Assembly: GCA_051599415.1 (NCBI GenBank)
Contig: AP039692.1
Span: 620,001 to 684,000 of the forward strand
Direction: 5' to 3'
Length of the DNA stretch: 64,000 nucleotides
DNA from: Savitreella phatthalungensis
Taxonomy: Eukaryota
Below, one piece after another: positions 61,713 through 64,000 of the stretch (the first letter of the stretch is position 1; every line of letters begins with the position of its first letter). The notes under the pieces were generated by a model. That model searched no databases. It worked only from the letters and a program-made list of their open reading frames with translations, and was not told the DNA's origin. The translations under genes and the position numbers were made by a program.

Positions 61713-63806
61713 ATGCCCGGCGCGATCGTCGCGGCTGCCGTCTTATGGCTTCTATACCGGATATCGCAGCTATGGATAGCGCCCCTAAATATTGTTCTCC
61801 GCTCTCTAGCCATCGAGCTGCCAGGCGCTCCCCGCGTTACGGTAGACGCACTGTCGCACGACTCGGTCAGTCTTCACTGGGCGCCACCGGATGGTCATGT
61901 GAAGAAGCACATCATCCGTATGGATAGTCAGGAGGTCGGAATTTCCGTCAGAGGCGAGACGAGCGTCACAATCTCTGGCCTCGCCCCCGATTTCTTGTAC
62001 AGCATTCAGGTTGTTGCGGTTAACACTCTTGGATTCCAGATCGCCAGCCAGGTCGTGTACGTCCGAACGCGCAGAGCTCAAGAAGCTCCCACCAGAGCGG
62101 TTCTCGTCACGTCTGCTCAAGCTCCTCAGCAACAACAAGCGATCCAGAGACCTATACGCCGTCATTTAAGCTCGGAGAACGTAATATCGAAGGAGGATGC
62201 GGCGACCATTGCAGCACTTACTATCAAAATGGACTGTCTCAGGACTGAGGCAGCTGAGGTCGATGCACAGATTGCTCAACTTGCTAAGAACCACGCACAG
62301 GAAGAGGCAGACGTACTTGCAAGACTCGAGGACATCAGAAGTCGCAAGCGCGAAGAGGATGACGCACGCTCGGCAAAGGACCACACGCACAAGCAATTGG
62401 ATCAGCAGAAGCGAGAGCTTGAGATGCGTCGTAACCAGTCCATGAAATCGCTGAAGGCTGAGCGAGACGACTACCAGCGTCAATGCACTGATCTTGCCTC
62501 GTTCGCCTCATCCATCCGAAACTCGATAGAAACCGTCGAGCATCTTGAAGAGTCTCGGTCAGAACTGAGATCTGAGGCAGCAGTGGCTCTCCGGGATGCG
62601 GAGCGCATGTCAGCCATGGCACTGGAAGAGCTGTCCGAAGTTGAGTCCGAAATCCGATATCTGCTCCAGCGCAAGGTCGAATCGGAAGCTGAGCTCACGC
62701 GCTTGCAGAGCCAGTCACGCGTGCCGTCTCCGTCTCCGCAGGAGAAGTCTGAGAATCAGCAGGCCGATGCTGCATGGAGGGAACGAGAGGAGGCTTTAGT
62801 CAGGCAATACGACGAAATTCACAAGCGGCTCATTGTCATTCAGACAGGAGCCCTGCCTGTGAGGCGATGGCGGGAACCTGAAAGGCCTCCAAGCTTCAAT
62901 CCGGACGCAGTACCCTTCCAGCCCGATCCATATGCATTGCCGCGGCCGCCAAATGACAACTATAATGAAGCATTTGCCACGGGCTCCGGCCTCGGAAATG
63001 TTTATAGCGGGGCACCAGGTTTCTTCCCATCGGGACAGTACATGGCAAGGAAACCCTCACCTTTTGGAGCGATGCGCGATTCTCCCATGTCATCGCAGTC
63101 TGGCTCGAATCCGTCCTCGCCGGCGATCCACCACAACGCAATTGCAAGCATATTCTCCAACCCTGCGATTGGCGCAAATCCCGGTCCGGAGCATCAGCGG
63201 GTCTCATCATCGTCGCTTGTCTCCAGTTTGAATGGTATACCCCTGTCGCCTGAGCCCGCAACTGGCGATCGATCGTCAAGCTCGCGCTGGTTCTGGCCGG
63301 TCGGGAAGAAGAAGGATGCGAGCTCGCCAGCAATAGGTCACGACCCGCTAGCACTCGACAGGAAGTCAACGCGCAGCCTGCCCAAGGCTGATGTGGCTCC
63401 GATCGGGACCCGGCGCGTCCGCTCAGGCAGTGTGACTGCGTCGGCCCCAATGTCTGACCCGACGAAGCCTGCACACGACGGCTCTGTCGGGTGGGATCCG
63501 GTACGCGGTGGCAACAGTGTCTGGTCCGCAGGAGGTGCTACATCATTCGATCCATTCGCGACCGATGTATATCACGACGCGCCGGAGGAGCAGCCCCAAG
63601 GCGCCCTTTACAAATCTACGTCATCTTCTTCCTCCCTGCTCAAAATACCCGCGACGATCGGCTCTTTGCCGTCAAGCATTCACTCAAACACAAGTACTTC
63701 GACCACGGGCAAATCGTCACGCAAGGATGCAAAGCGCTTCACGTCATTCGTAGGCCGTGTATTTGGCAATCACGCCGGCAATGAGTCTCCAATCGGGAGT
63801 AACTGA
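61713..63806 (+). CDS. Membrane-anchored fibronectin type III + coiled-coil protein of unknown function
   Basis: N-terminal hydrophobic helix; FN3 (P..V..SVSLHW..GLAP..Y.IQV.AVN.G); long coiled coil; S/P-rich tail. Confidence 0.75.
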   Translation: MPGAIVAAAVLWLLYRISQLWIAPLNIVLRSLAIELPGAPRVTVDALSHDSVSLHWAPPDGHVKKHIIRMDSQEVGISVRGETSVTISGLAPDFLYSIQVVAVNTLGFQIASQVVYVRTRRAQEAPTRAVLVTSAQAPQQQQAIQRPIRRHLSSENVISKEDAATIAALTIKMDCLRTEAAEVDAQIAQLAKNHAQEEADVLARLEDIRSRKREEDDARSAKDHTHKQLDQQKRELEMRRNQSMKSLKAERDDYQRQCTDLASFASSIRNSIETVEHLEESRSELRSEAAVALRDAERMSAMALEELSEVESEIRYLLQRKVESEAELTRLQSQSRVPSPSPQEKSENQQADAAWREREEALVRQYDEIHKRLIVIQTGALPVRRWREPERPPSFNPDAVPFQPDPYALPRPPNDNYNEAFATGSGLGNVYSGAPGFFPSGQYMARKPSPFGAMRDSPMSSQSGSNPSSPAIHHNAIASIFSNPAIGANPGPEHQRVSSSSLVSSLNGIPLSPEPATGDRSSSSRWFWPVGKKKDASSPAIGHDPLALDRKSTRSLPKADVAPIGTRRVRSGSVTASAPMSDPTKPAHDGSVGWDPVRGGNSVWSAGGATSFDPFATDVYHDAPEEQPQGALYKSTSSSSSLLKIPATIGSLPSSIHSNTSTSTTGKSSRKDAKRFTSFVGRVFGNHAGNESPIGSN

Positions 63807-64000
63807 GCCCGACCAGTCGAGTCACTACACACCTGCAGAGAGGATGATGACAGACCAACCAAAGAAGGTTGTCGGATTGAAGAAAGCATGCAGGTCCATC
63901 AGATCTACATTGTATACCTAAACTTGAAGTATGAGTCGTCGAAAGCGTGAACCCGAACATAACCGTCCTCGCCGCCCGATGCATATCCTGTACCGCGCGG

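Noticed and set aside
1..64000. Transposons, CRISPR arrays, rRNA
   Set aside because: No transposase or RT motifs, terminal repeats, spacer arrays or rRNA-like sequence were seen.

Overview
Gene-dense, intron-poor fungal (ascomycete) chromosomal DNA. The few introns are short (52-101 nt, GT..AG with CTAAC/CTGAC branch sites), and several convergent genes nearly touch or overlap. The style suggests a yeast-like plant-associated ascomycete such as Taphrinomycotina; this is inference only. About 35 protein genes are present. Housekeeping genes include FBP26, NUS1, DPH7, XLF, ING/YNG2, GWT1, DBP6, PRS5-like, UTP17, GGPPS, NSA1, a RanBP9/10-like gene and NNR1. A secretome-rich block at 28.8-37.4 kb holds two paralogous small secreted proteins, two cutinases and a repeat-rich mucin-like protein. 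An accessory block at 46-56 kb holds a GMC oxidase, an Argonaute, a sugar-phosphate cyclase and an epoxide hydrolase. Main highlights: (1) a tRNA-Ser(GCU) gene, invisible to the ORF track, split by an unusually long (168 nt), strongly structured intron; (2) an EEVS-type rather than fungal DDGS-type sedoheptulose-7-phosphate cyclase with no visible partner genes; (3) a Masc1/RID-type C5 DNA methyltransferase; (4) a class I photolyase with altered substrate-binding residues; (5) a possible truncated eIF3c paralog. All calls are by eye from motifs; no database searches were run.
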